The notes beneath the pieces are model-generated. The model did not search any database. It saw nothing but the letters and a program-made list of their open reading frames with translations, and was not told the DNA's origin. Position numbers and translations under genes: made by a program. This document shows, one piece after another, positions 1 through 9,524 of a DNA stretch of 64,000 bases; position 1 is the stretch's first letter; each line of letters begins with the position of its first letter. Location: assembly GCA_963812135.1 (NCBI GenBank), contig CAWETU010000001.1:1312001-1376000 (forward strand). Direction: 5' to 3'. Source of the DNA: Vulcanimicrobiota bacterium (GTDB lineage Bacteria > Vulcanimicrobiota > Vulcanimicrobiia > Eremiobacterales > Eremiobacteraceae).

Positions 1-1
1 A

Positions 2-577
2 CACAGGCACGGAAAACAATGGAACCGACCGAACGGCGGCAATGGTAACAAACAACGGAGCCAACCGGCCGAACACAGGCACGGGAACAACAACACCGTC
101 AACCGACCGAACAACGGCAACAACAACACCGTCAACCGACCGAACAACGGCAACAACAACATCAATAATATCAACAATAACAACATCAACGTGAACCGCA
201 ACGTCGTCGTCAATCCCGTCTATCACGGCGGTGCGGCTTGGGGTTGGAACCGCGGCGTCATCTGGGTTCCCGCGCCGGCGTATTATGGCGGCGGGTTCTG
301 GGGTCCATTCGCGATCGGCGTCACGAGCGCAGTCATATGGGGCTCAATCGTGAATTCCCAAACGCATCAGACGGTCACATCCTATCAGGTGCAACCGAGC
401 AGTCCCGGCGCAACGCTCTTGTCCAACTATCAACTGACGCAGACGCAGTGCGGCCCGCCGAATCTTGTCGTCATCTACGGCCCGAACAACAGCGCCATCT
501 GCGCCAATCCGAACAGCTTGGTGTCAGCCGGCGAATACACCGTCGATTCGTCGAACCTCTCGATCGTCTCGCTGTAG
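2..577 (+). CDS. Partial hypothetical protein with Asn/Gly-rich repeat N-terminus and a W/G-rich hydrophobic segment (begins before window)
   Basis: Frame of ORF 191-577 stays open to the window edge; encodes NNTVNRPNNGN repeats then WGWNRG...GFWGPFAIG. Confidence 0.7.
   Translation, partial: HRHGKQWNRPNGGNGNKQRSQPAEHRHGNNNTVNRPNNGNNNTVNRPNNGNNNINNINNNNINVNRNVVVNPVYHGGAAWGWNRGVIWVPAPAYYGGGFWGPFAIGVTSAVIWGSIVNSQTHQTVTSYQVQPSSPGATLLSNYQLTQTQCGPPNLVVIYGPNNSAICANPNSLVSAGEYTVDSSNLSIVSL
86..160 (+). repeat. 33-bp coding tandem repeat (NNTVNRPNNGN) x2+
   Basis: aacaacaccgtcaaccgaccgaacaacggcaac at 89 and 122. Confidence 0.85.
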
Positions 578-641
578 GGGATTCTCGTCCGCGAGCCCGC
601 CTGTCTAGGGCTGCCTTTCGTTTCGCAGTGAGGATATCATT

Positions 642-1109
642 ATGAGCCGACGATTTCCAACAGACAATTTCGGTGTGCGTGCAAGCGTTCTGGTTCTCTT
701 GATCGCGTGGTCGGCGGTCGCTTTTGGCTGCGCGAAGAATCCAAAGCAGTCAAGTGAAAGCCCGAGCGCCGCGCCGGCGGCGACAGTTGCAGCGGCGCCG
801 GCAACGGATAATCTCATGGCAAAGCTGCCAGTGTATCCCGGAGCGGCGCTTGCCATGTCGAATACGGGGACAATATCCGGCAAGCATGTGGTGCTGCAGG
901 TGTACACCACTCGGGATTCGTTCGACAAGGTGTACACGTGGTACCAAGGCGCACTGCCCGCACATTCCGAGACGTCGCACAACACGTCCCAGAGTCAGGA
1001 ATCTGCGGTGTTCACATTATCGGGCGGCACGAAACAGCAGAGCGTATCGATCTTGAAGACCGGCGGGGTTGAGGTCGTCAATATCTCACTCTCAACGACT
1101 GGGGAATAG
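642..1109 (+). CDS. Putative lipoprotein
   Basis: Hydrophobic stretch ending AFGC lipobox-like motif, Ala/Pro linker, LPVYPGA motif; start uncertain. Confidence 0.7.
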   Translation: MSRRFPTDNFGVRASVLVLLIAWSAVAFGCAKNPKQSSESPSAAPAATVAAAPATDNLMAKLPVYPGAALAMSNTGTISGKHVVLQVYTTRDSFDKVYTWYQGALPAHSETSHNTSQSQESAVFTLSGGTKQQSVSILKTGGVEVVNISLSTTGE

Positions 1110-1631
1110 CGCGGAGGCGGGAGCGATGTCCGCCACTTTTCCGCGAGCCACGCGATGCACGTGCTCGCGGATCTGGTCTTCGCTCAGCCCGCCCGCCGCG
1201 AATGTCGCGCTCCCATCCTCGACTAGCGTCACGCGGTAGCCGCGGCGTTCAGCCTCGCGAATCGTCGCGTCAACGCAGAACTCCGTCTGCATACCGCACA
1301 CGATGAGCTGCTCCACGCCGAAACGCTCAAGAACATCCTCCAGGTCGGTCTCGCGAAAGGAGTCCCGAAAGCGCTTTTCAACGATGGGATCGCCCTCGCC
1401 GGGCGCTATCTCGGACGCGATGTGCCACGCCGCAGAACCCGGAACAAACTCTTCGTCCTGGTGGCGGATATAGATCACCGGCACGCCGGCAGCGCGGGCG
1501 CGGCTTCGCAAGTTAGCGAGCGTGGAGAGGAAACGCTCGCGCCGCGAGGGTTCGAGCCCATCGACCAGCAGGCGCTGTACATCGACGATGACAAGCGCAG
1601 ACGTCGCGCCGGAGTCCCCGCTCGTCGTCAT
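1092..1631 (-). CDS. Isochorismatase/cysteine hydrolase family protein
   Basis: ALVIVDVQ, VEKRFRDSF, GMQTEFCVDAT give the D-K-C triad. Confidence 0.92.
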   Translation of the reverse strand: MTTSGDSGATSALVIVDVQRLLVDGLEPSRRERFLSTLANLRSRARAAGVPVIYIRHQDEEFVPGSAAWHIASEIAPGEGDPIVEKRFRDSFRETDLEDVLERFGVEQLIVCGMQTEFCVDATIREAERRGYRVTLVEDGSATFAAGGLSEDQIREHVHRVARGKVADIAPASALFPSR

Positions 1632-2305
1632 TGCGGATTTCCCGAGCAGATGAACTGATTGTCCGCACCACTATCGTTGATATGGTATTTCCAACCGGCC
1701 CACGTCATGCCGAGCCCGCCGTCGCAGCCTTTCAACCAGGCCGTCAAGCCGCTTACATCCGCGGCCTCCGTGTTGCCGAGGACGTTGACGTTGTCGCGTA
1801 CCATCGTGAGTGTGCTGTACAGATAGTTCTCGTCGAAGGTCAACTCGTTCTTCATATCGCTCACTTCTTGGGCGAGCTGCGCCTCTTGCGCAGCCATTTG
1901 TGCCTCCTGCGCAGCGAGCTGGGCGACCGTCGGTGGCGGCGTCGGCAGCGGATAAATATGCGGCCAGTTCGTTGACAGCTTGAGGAACGAAGCGTGATGG
2001 GACTGAAGCGACGCCAGGCCAGGCCCGATGTCCTCGATCTTTGCGGTATGTTTTTTTGGGATAACCATCATGTGCTTGCTCGGGGGAGCCGCGGGCACAT
2101 GGACCTGGGCGTGCATCCCGGATGTGCTCCGTTCGAGCGCACTCACGCGGGTCTGCAGCTGCTTGATGAGCTTGCCTTGCGCGGCGACCGTCTGTTGAAG
2201 CGATGAGACCGATGGACCACTCGCGTTGGCTCCGGTGATGGCCGCGGCGGCGATCCAAATCGACGCGAATGCAATCGCGGCGACGAGCCAGGTTCGAACG
2301 TTCAT
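1628..2305 (-). CDS. Secreted coiled-coil hypothetical protein
   Basis: Signal peptide, two heptad regions (AAQEAQMAAQEAQLAQE), 4-bp overlap with hydrolase. Confidence 0.65.
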   Translation of the reverse strand: MNVRTWLVAAIAFASIWIAAAAITGANASGPSVSSLQQTVAAQGKLIKQLQTRVSALERSTSGMHAQVHVPAAPPSKHMMVIPKKHTAKIEDIGPGLASLQSHHASFLKLSTNWPHIYPLPTPPPTVAQLAAQEAQMAAQEAQLAQEVSDMKNELTFDENYLYSTLTMVRDNVNVLGNTEAADVSGLTAWLKGCDGGLGMTWAGWKYHINDSGADNQFICSGNPQ

Positions 2306-2329
2306 GTCCCTGCCCTCCCAAGGCGACCG

Positions 2330-3007
2330 TTAGCTGGAACCTTGGGTTGGCCCTTGACGGACGGAGTCGTCCGGTGTCGCGGAGAGGATCACCGTCATCT
2401 TGGTGCCTTGATTTGGGCTCGATTCCACACGCACGCCGCCCGCCAGTGTGCCGATGAGAAACAATCCGCGGCCCTTTTCGACAAGATCGCTGTTGGGAAG
2501 CGTCGGAGAGAACCGTCCAAGACCAGGCCCGGTGTTGACGATCGTGACGGTTGGCTGATCTCCCGAGCGATCGATTTCGACTTTCACCAGACCCGGCGCA
2601 TGCTCGACCGTGTTGGCGAGGATCTCTCCGATGATGAGCTCGATCCGGAACAGCTCGTCTTCGGTGCCGATGAAGCCTCGGATGAATCGCATAAGCTCGT
2701 GACGCAGCGCGCGGGCGGCGTACGCATCGCTCGAATGAAATGCCCAGGTCTTGCGAAGTTCGCCGTCAACGCTGACCGGCGCGGTCGAGGTCGTCGAGGC
2801 AAGCTGAAGGACCATGATCACCGCGTCGTCGGCGGGCCGTTCGGTGCCCATCACGGCGCGTTGCACGACAGCCGCCGGCTGAGGGTTGGCCACGTCGCCG
2901 ACCAGTGTTGCGACGACGTCGCGCAGCGCCTGCTTGGCAGACGCGATGTCGCGCTTGAATTCAGTCACGCCATCAGTATAGAAGAGGATGACTGCGTCGC
3001 GCTCCAA
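2330..3007 (-). pseudogene. 5'-truncated PP2C(SpoIIE)-HATPase (RsbU/RsbW-like) remnant
   Basis: ILFYTDGVTE and ADDAVI (PP2C C-terminal half), GEILANTVEHA and GRGLFLI (anti-sigma kinase); GGDWYD half missing. Confidence 0.7.
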
Positions 3008-3274
3008 CGCGATGCTCTACCGGTTCCCCATATCGCGATCATCGATATGTTCGCGATCGCCAGCGTCGTCGCACGCTGGTGAAAGCGCAGCGCGATCGGC
3101 ATATCAATGCCGAGCGTACGGGCCTTGGGTACGGCAGAAACCGCCTGGCTCATGGGCGCGAGACCGTTTCGCCGAGCCGTAGTAGGTAGCATTTGTTGCC
3201 CTATCCCTCCCGGCATGAATCAATCCCGTGCAAACGAAACCACTCGGACTGCGTCATTGGAGGCGCATAAGGCG

Positions 3275-4219
3275 ATGGCTAAGACGATCACCAGTCCAGC
3301 AAAGCCGAAGAAGAACGGCGAGGCAAAACTGAAGAAGAACGGCGCTGCCGCCTACGCGGATGGCCGACCACAGGATCAGGTGCAATTCTTCGACGCAAAG
3401 CTGATCTTGAAGCCCGACTTTTTCGCAAGCGTGAGGGGTTTCAAGGCTTTTAGCGATCTTGTCGCCGAGGCCGCGAGCAAAGTTCCCAAGGTCACATATA
3501 CGGCTTTCGACCTCACGAAGATGCGGCCCAAGATCCGAGAGGTCATGTTCGTCGACACGGCCGACTTCCGGATGTACAACAACTCATTCATCCTGCGCCG
3601 GCGCACGATGTACCAGGACGGTTTCCCCATCAGCGATCCCGAGATCGTCGTCAAATATCGAAGCGATGATCTTGCGAAAGCCGCGGCGATCGATATCCGG
3701 CCGAATGTCTCCGGTCCATATCGCATCAAGCTCAAGGCCGAAGCGCTGCCTCTGAAAGACTCCGTGGGCGGTTATCGCATGCTGTATGCGCACAACTGCA
3801 TCATCCCGTCAAGCTCCATCCATGCGGGCGATCGCACGAACCTCCAGACCATCGCGCGCCTCATGCCCGCGCTGCGCGGCCTGATCGGCGACGCGGAGGG
3901 AAGCGTCGAACTCGTCAATTCGACGCTCGTCGAAGAAGTGCTGATGGATATCGGTACGCTCGATTTCGGCAAAGGATTCACCGCGAAGGCGAACATCTCG
4001 CTGTGGCGATCGCTGGGCGACCATCACGTCATGTGCGGCGAATTCGCGTACCAGACCAAGTTCGCGGACAAAGCCGCCGTGAATCAGAAGATCAGACAGC
4101 GCGTCGAAGAGCTCTTCATGAAGCTGCAGCTGCTCGCGACCGGCTGGTTGTTCCTCGGCACGACGAAGACCGGTCTGGTCTATCAGCTCAAAGGTAACCC
4201 GCCGCAAGCACATGAGTGA
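3275..4219 (+). CDS. Conserved hypothetical protein, CYTH/triphosphate-tunnel-like
   Basis: GGAGG RBS before ATG 3275; KLILKP, FVDTADFRMYNNSFILRRR, EIVVKYRS, EFAY and TTK resemble CYTH spacing. Confidence 0.55.
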   Translation: MAKTITSPAKPKKNGEAKLKKNGAAAYADGRPQDQVQFFDAKLILKPDFFASVRGFKAFSDLVAEAASKVPKVTYTAFDLTKMRPKIREVMFVDTADFRMYNNSFILRRRTMYQDGFPISDPEIVVKYRSDDLAKAAAIDIRPNVSGPYRIKLKAEALPLKDSVGGYRMLYAHNCIIPSSSIHAGDRTNLQTIARLMPALRGLIGDAEGSVELVNSTLVEEVLMDIGTLDFGKGFTAKANISLWRSLGDHHVMCGEFAYQTKFADKAAVNQKIRQRVEELFMKLQLLATGWLFLGTTKTGLVYQLKGNPPQAHE

Positions 4220-4823
4220 TGTCGCAACGCCGGCTGCTCCCGCTTCGGCGGAGACGCCGGCGGCGAAGGTGTCCGTCGGCGAGATATTCCTCGCATTTCT
4301 GACGATCGGCGCCACGAGCTTCGGCGGAGGCGCGGTTGCGTATCTCAGGGCCAGCCTCGTCACCAAGAACCAATGGCTCGATGACAAGAGCTTCGTCGAG
4401 CTGTTCTCGATCAGCCAATCGCTGCCGGGCCTGAACACGACGAACATGGCGATCCTCGCCGGCGACCGGCTATGCGGTTGGATGGGCGCGGTCGCGGCCG
4501 TCGTCGGCGTGATCCTCCCCGGTGCGATTCTCATGACGTTGGCAGGTGTCGTGTACGGAATGGGCGGCAATCGACCGCTCGTCACCGCAGGATTGAAGGG
4601 CGTCGCCGCGGCGGCGACGGGCCTGCTGCTTGCGACGTTTCTCCAGCTGGCGCGCAAGACGCTGCGCGGCTGGCTCGACGTGGTCTTCATCATCATCGCC
4701 GTCGTCGCGGTGAACTGGTTCCACATCTCGGTGCTTTACGCGCTCCTCGGCATCGCAGCGTTGGCGACCCTCGCCTACCGGCCGCGCTCCTCCGATACGA
4801 AACCGGAGCAAACGGCCTCATGA
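4212..4823 (+). CDS. chrA: Short-chain chromate transporter (CHR), first subunit
   Basis: IGATSFGGG and SQSLPGLNTTN motifs. Confidence 0.9.
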   Translation: MSDVATPAAPASAETPAAKVSVGEIFLAFLTIGATSFGGGAVAYLRASLVTKNQWLDDKSFVELFSISQSLPGLNTTNMAILAGDRLCGWMGAVAAVVGVILPGAILMTLAGVVYGMGGNRPLVTAGLKGVAAAATGLLLATFLQLARKTLRGWLDVVFIIIAVVAVNWFHISVLYALLGIAALATLAYRPRSSDTKPEQTAS

Positions 4824-5376
4824 ACCAAATATCCCAGCTCGTCGCCGTGTTCGCCTATCTTTCGCTGCTCACCGTCGGCGGCGGCATGGCGGCGTATCCG
4901 GAGATGGAGAACCTTACCGTCAACGTGCACCACTGGGTGACGCAAGACCAGCTGGTGCATTTCTATTCGCTCGGGCAGATGGCGCCCGGACCGAACTTGA
5001 ACATGGTCGCGGCCATCGGAGAACACGTAGCGGGAATCGCGGGAGCGATCGCCGTCCTGCTCGCGTTTTACGCCCGACCGGACTCTTCGCGCTCATCATC
5101 GGCCGGGTGTGGACACGGCTTGCGAATTGGCCGTGGCGCACCTCGATCCAGAACGGGCTATCGCCGACCGCTCTCGGTCTCATGCTCGCGGGTTTGCTAT
5201 CCTTCGGAACGACGGCCCTACGCCTGGGTCACCCTCGCGTCGCGTTCTTGGTCGGACTTGATTGGATCGCGGTCGCGATGGCCGTCTTTGTGCTCGTCAT
5301 GATGCTGCGCACCAAAGTCAATCCGGCGCTATTGGTGCTTGGCTGCGGCATCGTGGGCGCGTTCACGTTCCGCTGA
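4820..5376 (+). CDS. chrA: Short-chain chromate transporter (CHR), second subunit; frameshift near 5073
   Basis: LSLLTVGGG and GQMAPGPN, continuing in another frame as PTGLFALIIGRVW...KVNPALL; one C missing in a C-run restores it. Confidence 0.82.
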
Positions 5377-5425
5377 GCGCAACCTTCAAAAGAATGAGTC
5401 AGACGAGCGCGAACCGCCCGCGCCC

Positions 5426-5454
5426 TTGACGCCCGTTATCTTTCGCGGGATAGT
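5426..5454 (+). promoter_or_regulatory. Sigma70-like promoter upstream of tnpB
   Basis: TTGACG-17bp-GATAGT, followed by hairpin agggcggc-tgta-gtcgccct. Confidence 0.45.
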
Positions 5455-5546
5455 GCGGACCAAGGGCGGCTGTAGTCGCCCTAAGTGCGTATGCAGCGAA
5501 CGGGCACACAGTCGGAGCATGCACCTGCGGGGACGCCCTCAAGCGG

Positions 5547-6770
5547 ATGGCGCGGGTAAAGCTTTACCCTAACCCCTCCCAGGCGGCCGCGCTGGGAAAG
5601 GCGCTCGACATCTGCCGCCAGCTCTATAATATCGCGCTCGAGCAGCGGCGCGACGCATGGCGTACCCGCCGGCTGCAGGTAACGCACCGTCAGCAGTATG
5701 CGCAGCTGACCGAGTTGCGTCAAAACGATCCGCGCATCGCTTCGATCTACCGCGAACTGCTTGATGCCGCGCTCCACAAGCTCGATCTCGCCTTCGCGGC
5801 ATTTTTTCGAAGAATGCGCAAGGGGGAGAAGCCCGGGTTTCCGCGTTTTTGCGCTCGTGCTCGGTACAACTGCCTCGAGTTCCCGCACGGCAACCGAGCC
5901 CTCACGCTCAGCAGGACGCAGCGCGAAGTGCGAGTGCCAGGCGTGGGTTCGGTACGGCTGCGCAAGGGGAGAGATATCGGCGCCTTCGGGCGCGCCATGA
6001 TAGTGCGTAACGCGCGCGGGTGGTATGCACTCTTCGAATGCCACCGAGAGGTCGAACCGAAATCGCCAACGGGCCGGCGAGTGGGTCTGGACCGAGGTAT
6101 TATCACGTTTGCGGCCACCAGCAATGGGGATCGGTTGACGCACCCACGCCTGGGAAATCGTAAACAAGCTCAAGTGGCCCGCTTAGCAAGGATCGTGGCG
6201 CGGCGCCGACGAGGCGGAGCAAACCGTCGCAAGGCCGTGAAGATGCTGGCAAGGGCACACGACCGATTGCGCTGGGCCAGACGAGACTTCATACACAAGC
6301 TTACGCGATCCATCGTCAACAGCCACGATTTTATCGCGATCGAAGCGCTCAACGTACGCAATATGATGCGCTCGGCCAAAGGGAGCACCCAGCAGCCGGG
6401 CAGTAACGTACGTGCGAAGGCGCGCTTGAACTTTGCGATTGCTGACGCAAGCTGGACTCTGTTTGCCTCGATGCTGCACGCCAAAGCGGAAGAAGCTGGA
6501 CGTACGGTTGTCGAGGTCGATCCTCGTTACACGAGTCAGACCTGTTCAGGGTGCAACTGGGTCGACGCCGCATCGCGTAGCTCTCAAGCGGCGTTCATCT
6601 GTACCCATTGTGGTGTGCAGCTGGACGCAGACGTCAACGCCGCCAAAGTAATACTCAAGAGGGCCGAGTTAGCGGCCTGTGGGGAGGGGCGCCGGGTTAC
6701 CGGACCTCAAAGATCCACGAAGTGCACTAGCGCCGGGGCGGACCCGGTTCGCGCGGCTTCAGCCGCGTGA
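5547..6770 (+). CDS. tnpB: RNA-guided endonuclease TnpB (IS200/IS605 family)
   Basis: KLYPNPSQ HTH; RuvC GLDRG, IAIEAL, DADVNAA; CSGC/CTHC zinc finger; true start possibly ATG 5491 via a 1-nt indel. Confidence 0.95.
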   Translation: MARVKLYPNPSQAAALGKALDICRQLYNIALEQRRDAWRTRRLQVTHRQQYAQLTELRQNDPRIASIYRELLDAALHKLDLAFAAFFRRMRKGEKPGFPRFCARARYNCLEFPHGNRALTLSRTQREVRVPGVGSVRLRKGRDIGAFGRAMIVRNARGWYALFECHREVEPKSPTGRRVGLDRGIITFAATSNGDRLTHPRLGNRKQAQVARLARIVARRRRGGANRRKAVKMLARAHDRLRWARRDFIHKLTRSIVNSHDFIAIEALNVRNMMRSAKGSTQQPGSNVRAKARLNFAIADASWTLFASMLHAKAEEAGRTVVEVDPRYTSQTCSGCNWVDAASRSSQAAFICTHCGVQLDADVNAAKVILKRAELAACGEGRRVTGPQRSTKCTSAGADPVRAASAA

Positions 6771-6805
6771 GGGGGCATGCAACGAATAGGTCAAGCACGA
6801 CGTAC
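6660..6805 (+). ncRNA. Putative TnpB omega/reRNA overlapping the tnpB 3' end
   Basis: Position at the right end and the gcttcagc-loop hairpin; boundaries inferred from family behaviour. Confidence 0.5.
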
Positions 6806-6811
6806 GGTCTC

Positions 6812-7846
6812 TTAGGCCAAGATAAGGTGCGAGTCTCCGAACTCGTGCCAGAGGTAGCCGGCCTTTAGCGCGGTCGCATACGCATGCGCGACGGAGTCCG
6901 GCCCAGCGATCGCCTCTAGCATCGCCAGATGCGACGACGTGGGCTCGTGAAAACCCGTCACAACACCGTCCACGGCGGAGACTCCCAACTGCGGTGTGAT
7001 CACAAGGTCGCTCCAGCCGCGCGATGCGATAATTCGGCCGTGCTCGTCGAGCGACGACTCCAGCGCGCGGACGACCGTCGTCCCGACCGCGATGACCCGT
7101 CCGCGATTTCGCCGCGCGCGCTGGATCGCGTGCACCGTCTCGGTGGGGACGCTATACCATTCCTCATACGGCGGTTCGTCGCGCTCGGGGCTCGAGACGC
7201 CCGCGTGCAGCGTGACGAACGCGATGTCGACGTCGCGTTCGCGCAGCCGCCCGAGCACCGCATGCGTGAACGGCCGCCCAGCTGACGGCATCTCCGCGGA
7301 GCCGGGCTCGGACGCATAGACGTTCTGATAAGTCTCCAGCGGCCAGTCGCCTGCTGCGTGGCGATATCTGATGGGCTCACCGAAGCGCGAGATGTATGAG
7401 AGGAAGGGTGCGGGCAGATAGAGGCGCGCCACCCAAAGGCGCTGCGAATCGCGATACGGCGTGAGTATCTCAGCCATGCCGCCGCCGGCGAGACGCAAGC
7501 GCTCGCGCGGCTCGACCTGTGCGTCGCGCACTTCGACCACCGTCAGGTCAGCGGGCAGCCGGGTCGAGAGATGGAGTTGGACGTTGCTCTCATCGGCGCG
7601 CCGAGCGGTAAGAGCCGCGGGAATCGTGGCCGACTGGTTGAGGACGATCAGATCGCCGGCGTCGAGCAGATCCGGCAGTTGCCGAAAGCTGGCGTGCACG
7701 TCGCGGCTGCCCGCTTTCGTCACGAGCAGCCGCACGTCGTCGCGGCCGTTGCCGCGCTCCTCGGCGGGTTGCCTTGCTTCAAGCGCGGGAGGAATGACGA
7801 ACGCTGGGCGCCGGACTTCCGGTGCGAGCACGTCAGCGGACAGCAT
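6812..7846 (-). CDS. queA: QueA-family SAM:tRNA ribosyltransferase-isomerase-like protein
   Basis: GDLIVLNQSATIPA, YQNVYA, GSAEMPSAGRPFT, AVGTTVVRALES, TGFHEP, WHEFGDSHLI. Confidence 0.88.
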   Translation of the reverse strand: MLSADVLAPEVRRPAFVIPPALEARQPAEERGNGRDDVRLLVTKAGSRDVHASFRQLPDLLDAGDLIVLNQSATIPAALTARRADESNVQLHLSTRLPADLTVVEVRDAQVEPRERLRLAGGGMAEILTPYRDSQRLWVARLYLPAPFLSYISRFGEPIRYRHAAGDWPLETYQNVYASEPGSAEMPSAGRPFTHAVLGRLRERDVDIAFVTLHAGVSSPERDEPPYEEWYSVPTETVHAIQRARRNRGRVIAVGTTVVRALESSLDEHGRIIASRGWSDLVITPQLGVSAVDGVVTGFHEPTSSHLAMLEAIAGPDSVAHAYATALKAGYLWHEFGDSHLILA

Positions 7847-8552
7847 GAACCGCGAGCTCCTGGGCTTTGTAACGGCCCGAGGCAATACCCTGATCTTCCA
7901 AGAGCGCGACGATCGCGGGCGCGACGACGCGGGCCGGCGGCAGCTCGGAGAGATCGACCCCGGGCTCGGCCAGCTGATGCATCGGCGTGTTCATGTCGCC
8001 GGGATCGACGATCAGCACGCGCACGCCGCTGTCCTCGAGCTCTGCGATCAGCGTGTTTGAGATGTGCTCGAGTGCGGCTTTGCTGGCGCCATAGCCGCCC
8101 CAACCCGGATACGAGTTCACGCCGGCATCGGAGCTGACGTTGATGATCGTGCCGTCGCGTCGTTCGCGCATTCCGGGCAAGACCAGCTGCGCCAAGTGCA
8201 GCGGCGCCAAGACGTTGACCCGCATGATGTGCTCGAGGTCCTGCCATCCGAGCGAATCGAGCCGCGGCATCGGACTTGGCCCCAATTCCGATGCGTTGTT
8301 GATCAAGGCATCGATGCGGCCGAAGCGGCGCAACCCCTGCGCCACAATAGTCTCAGCGTCTTCGCTGACGTCGGCGGCGAGCGAGACGACATCCGTGTGT
8401 TCGCGCATCGGCGCGGTCGCGCGCTCGAGCGCGGCGGCGCCGCGCGCCGCGACGATCAGGCGGGCGCCCCGCCTCGCGAGCAGCAAGGCCGTCTCATAGC
8501 CGAGACCGCTGGACGCGCCGGTGATGAGAACCACTGAATCTTTGATTGTCAT
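7833..8552 (-). CDS. Short-chain dehydrogenase/reductase
   Basis: TGASSGLG, INNAS, YGASK; overlaps queA-like start. Confidence 0.93.
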   Translation of the reverse strand: MTIKDSVVLITGASSGLGYETALLLARRGARLIVAARGAAALERATAPMREHTDVVSLAADVSEDAETIVAQGLRRFGRIDALINNASELGPSPMPRLDSLGWQDLEHIMRVNVLAPLHLAQLVLPGMRERRDGTIINVSSDAGVNSYPGWGGYGASKAALEHISNTLIAELEDSGVRVLIVDPGDMNTPMHQLAEPGVDLSELPPARVVAPAIVALLEDQGIASGRYKAQELAVHAVR

Positions 8553-8610
8553 ACGGTGAGTATGCGCCATGCGCGCAGCCAGTGCCATCGTGCAGTCGAG
8601 CAGGCGGCGG

Positions 8611-8628
8611 CCTGTCCGATCGGACAGG
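8611..8628. promoter_or_regulatory. Perfect 18-bp palindrome, candidate operator
   Basis: CCTGTCCGATCGGACAGG in divergent intergenic region. Confidence 0.65.
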
Positions 8629-8714
8629 GATGGTCGAATCCGTACGAACATATGACCGGATGGAACTTCTCGTGTTCGTGAGAACGTTCTCTGACGGGAA
8701 GGGTTAGGTATTTC

Positions 8715-9512
8715 ATGCTGCTTGAAATTATCGCCGCTTCAATCTTCGCGTTTGCCACCAACACAGTGCCGGCCAACGCGCCGCAGCCGGCGACACAGCC
8801 GCTTCCAAAGCTCACATGCGCCGGCTTCGGCTTGAAGGAAGTGATCATCATCGATAACGATCGATTCCCAGTGCCGGCCGGCACGATCGTGGAGTGGCAA
8901 CTTCCGGCGGAAACGCATCTTGTAGGCGGCGGTGACGTCTACTTCCCGCCAGCGAGCGGGTTCTACGAGTTCCAACAGCCGCTGATCCCAGGGGGTCAGT
9001 TCGCCCTCAACGCGCCCCTGCCCGCGCCTGCGTCAGGCGGGCCGGGAGGGCCGCAGCCTCCGCCGGAACTAGTGGCGCTCGTTATTGAGTTGTTTCGCGG
9101 CTGCAACATAAGTTACTCGACGCGCGCCGCGATGATGGCCCAACAGATGCAAGTGCATAGCATCGTCGCGCTCATGCCCGCCACGCCGACGGGAGTGTCT
9201 GTACGCCGCACGGACGCGAACACGGTGCGCGTGGCATGGAACGGCGGTCTGGCCACCGCCCATTTCTCGATCTACGACCTGACGACCGCGTCGAGTCCGC
9301 CGAACAGCTACCATGGCTGGCAAAACCCGGTGACGGTCGCCGGCAACGTTCTCACATCGACCGTATCGATTCCGGCGGCGACGAAACCGCAAACCAACTA
9401 TTATATGGTGTGCGCCGCAAACGCCAACGCGAGCATCGTCAATTGTTCGGCACCCGCGGTCGAGAGCGCCCTCCCGTACGCCGCACCGCATCCGCTCGTG
9501 CAGCCGCATTAG
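8715..9512 (+). CDS. Secreted protein with C-terminal fibronectin type III-like domain
   Basis: Signal peptide; PATPTGVSV...VRVAW...YYMVCAANA. Confidence 0.65.
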   Translation: MLLEIIAASIFAFATNTVPANAPQPATQPLPKLTCAGFGLKEVIIIDNDRFPVPAGTIVEWQLPAETHLVGGGDVYFPPASGFYEFQQPLIPGGQFALNAPLPAPASGGPGGPQPPPELVALVIELFRGCNISYSTRAAMMAQQMQVHSIVALMPATPTGVSVRRTDANTVRVAWNGGLATAHFSIYDLTTASSPPNSYHGWQNPVTVAGNVLTSTVSIPAATKPQTNYYMVCAANANASIVNCSAPAVESALPYAAPHPLVQPH

Positions 9513-9524
9513 GATCAGGATGCA

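Larger units (their letters stand above)
5420..6800 (+). mobile_element. Solo tnpB (IS1341-like) element, no tnpA; ends approximate
   Basis: tnpB plus left hairpin near 5463-5482 and right hairpin gcgcggc-ttca-gccgcgt near 6751-6768. Confidence 0.7.

Noticed and set aside
5065..5080. Programmed frameshift in the second chrA (and at tnpB about 5535)
   Set aside because: Both fall in short C-runs fixed by one base, with no slippery heptamer; typical of homopolymer errors
5547..6770. TnpB as a nuclease-dead TldR or a Cas12f
   Set aside because: Catalytic D-E-D residues are intact and there is no CRISPR array
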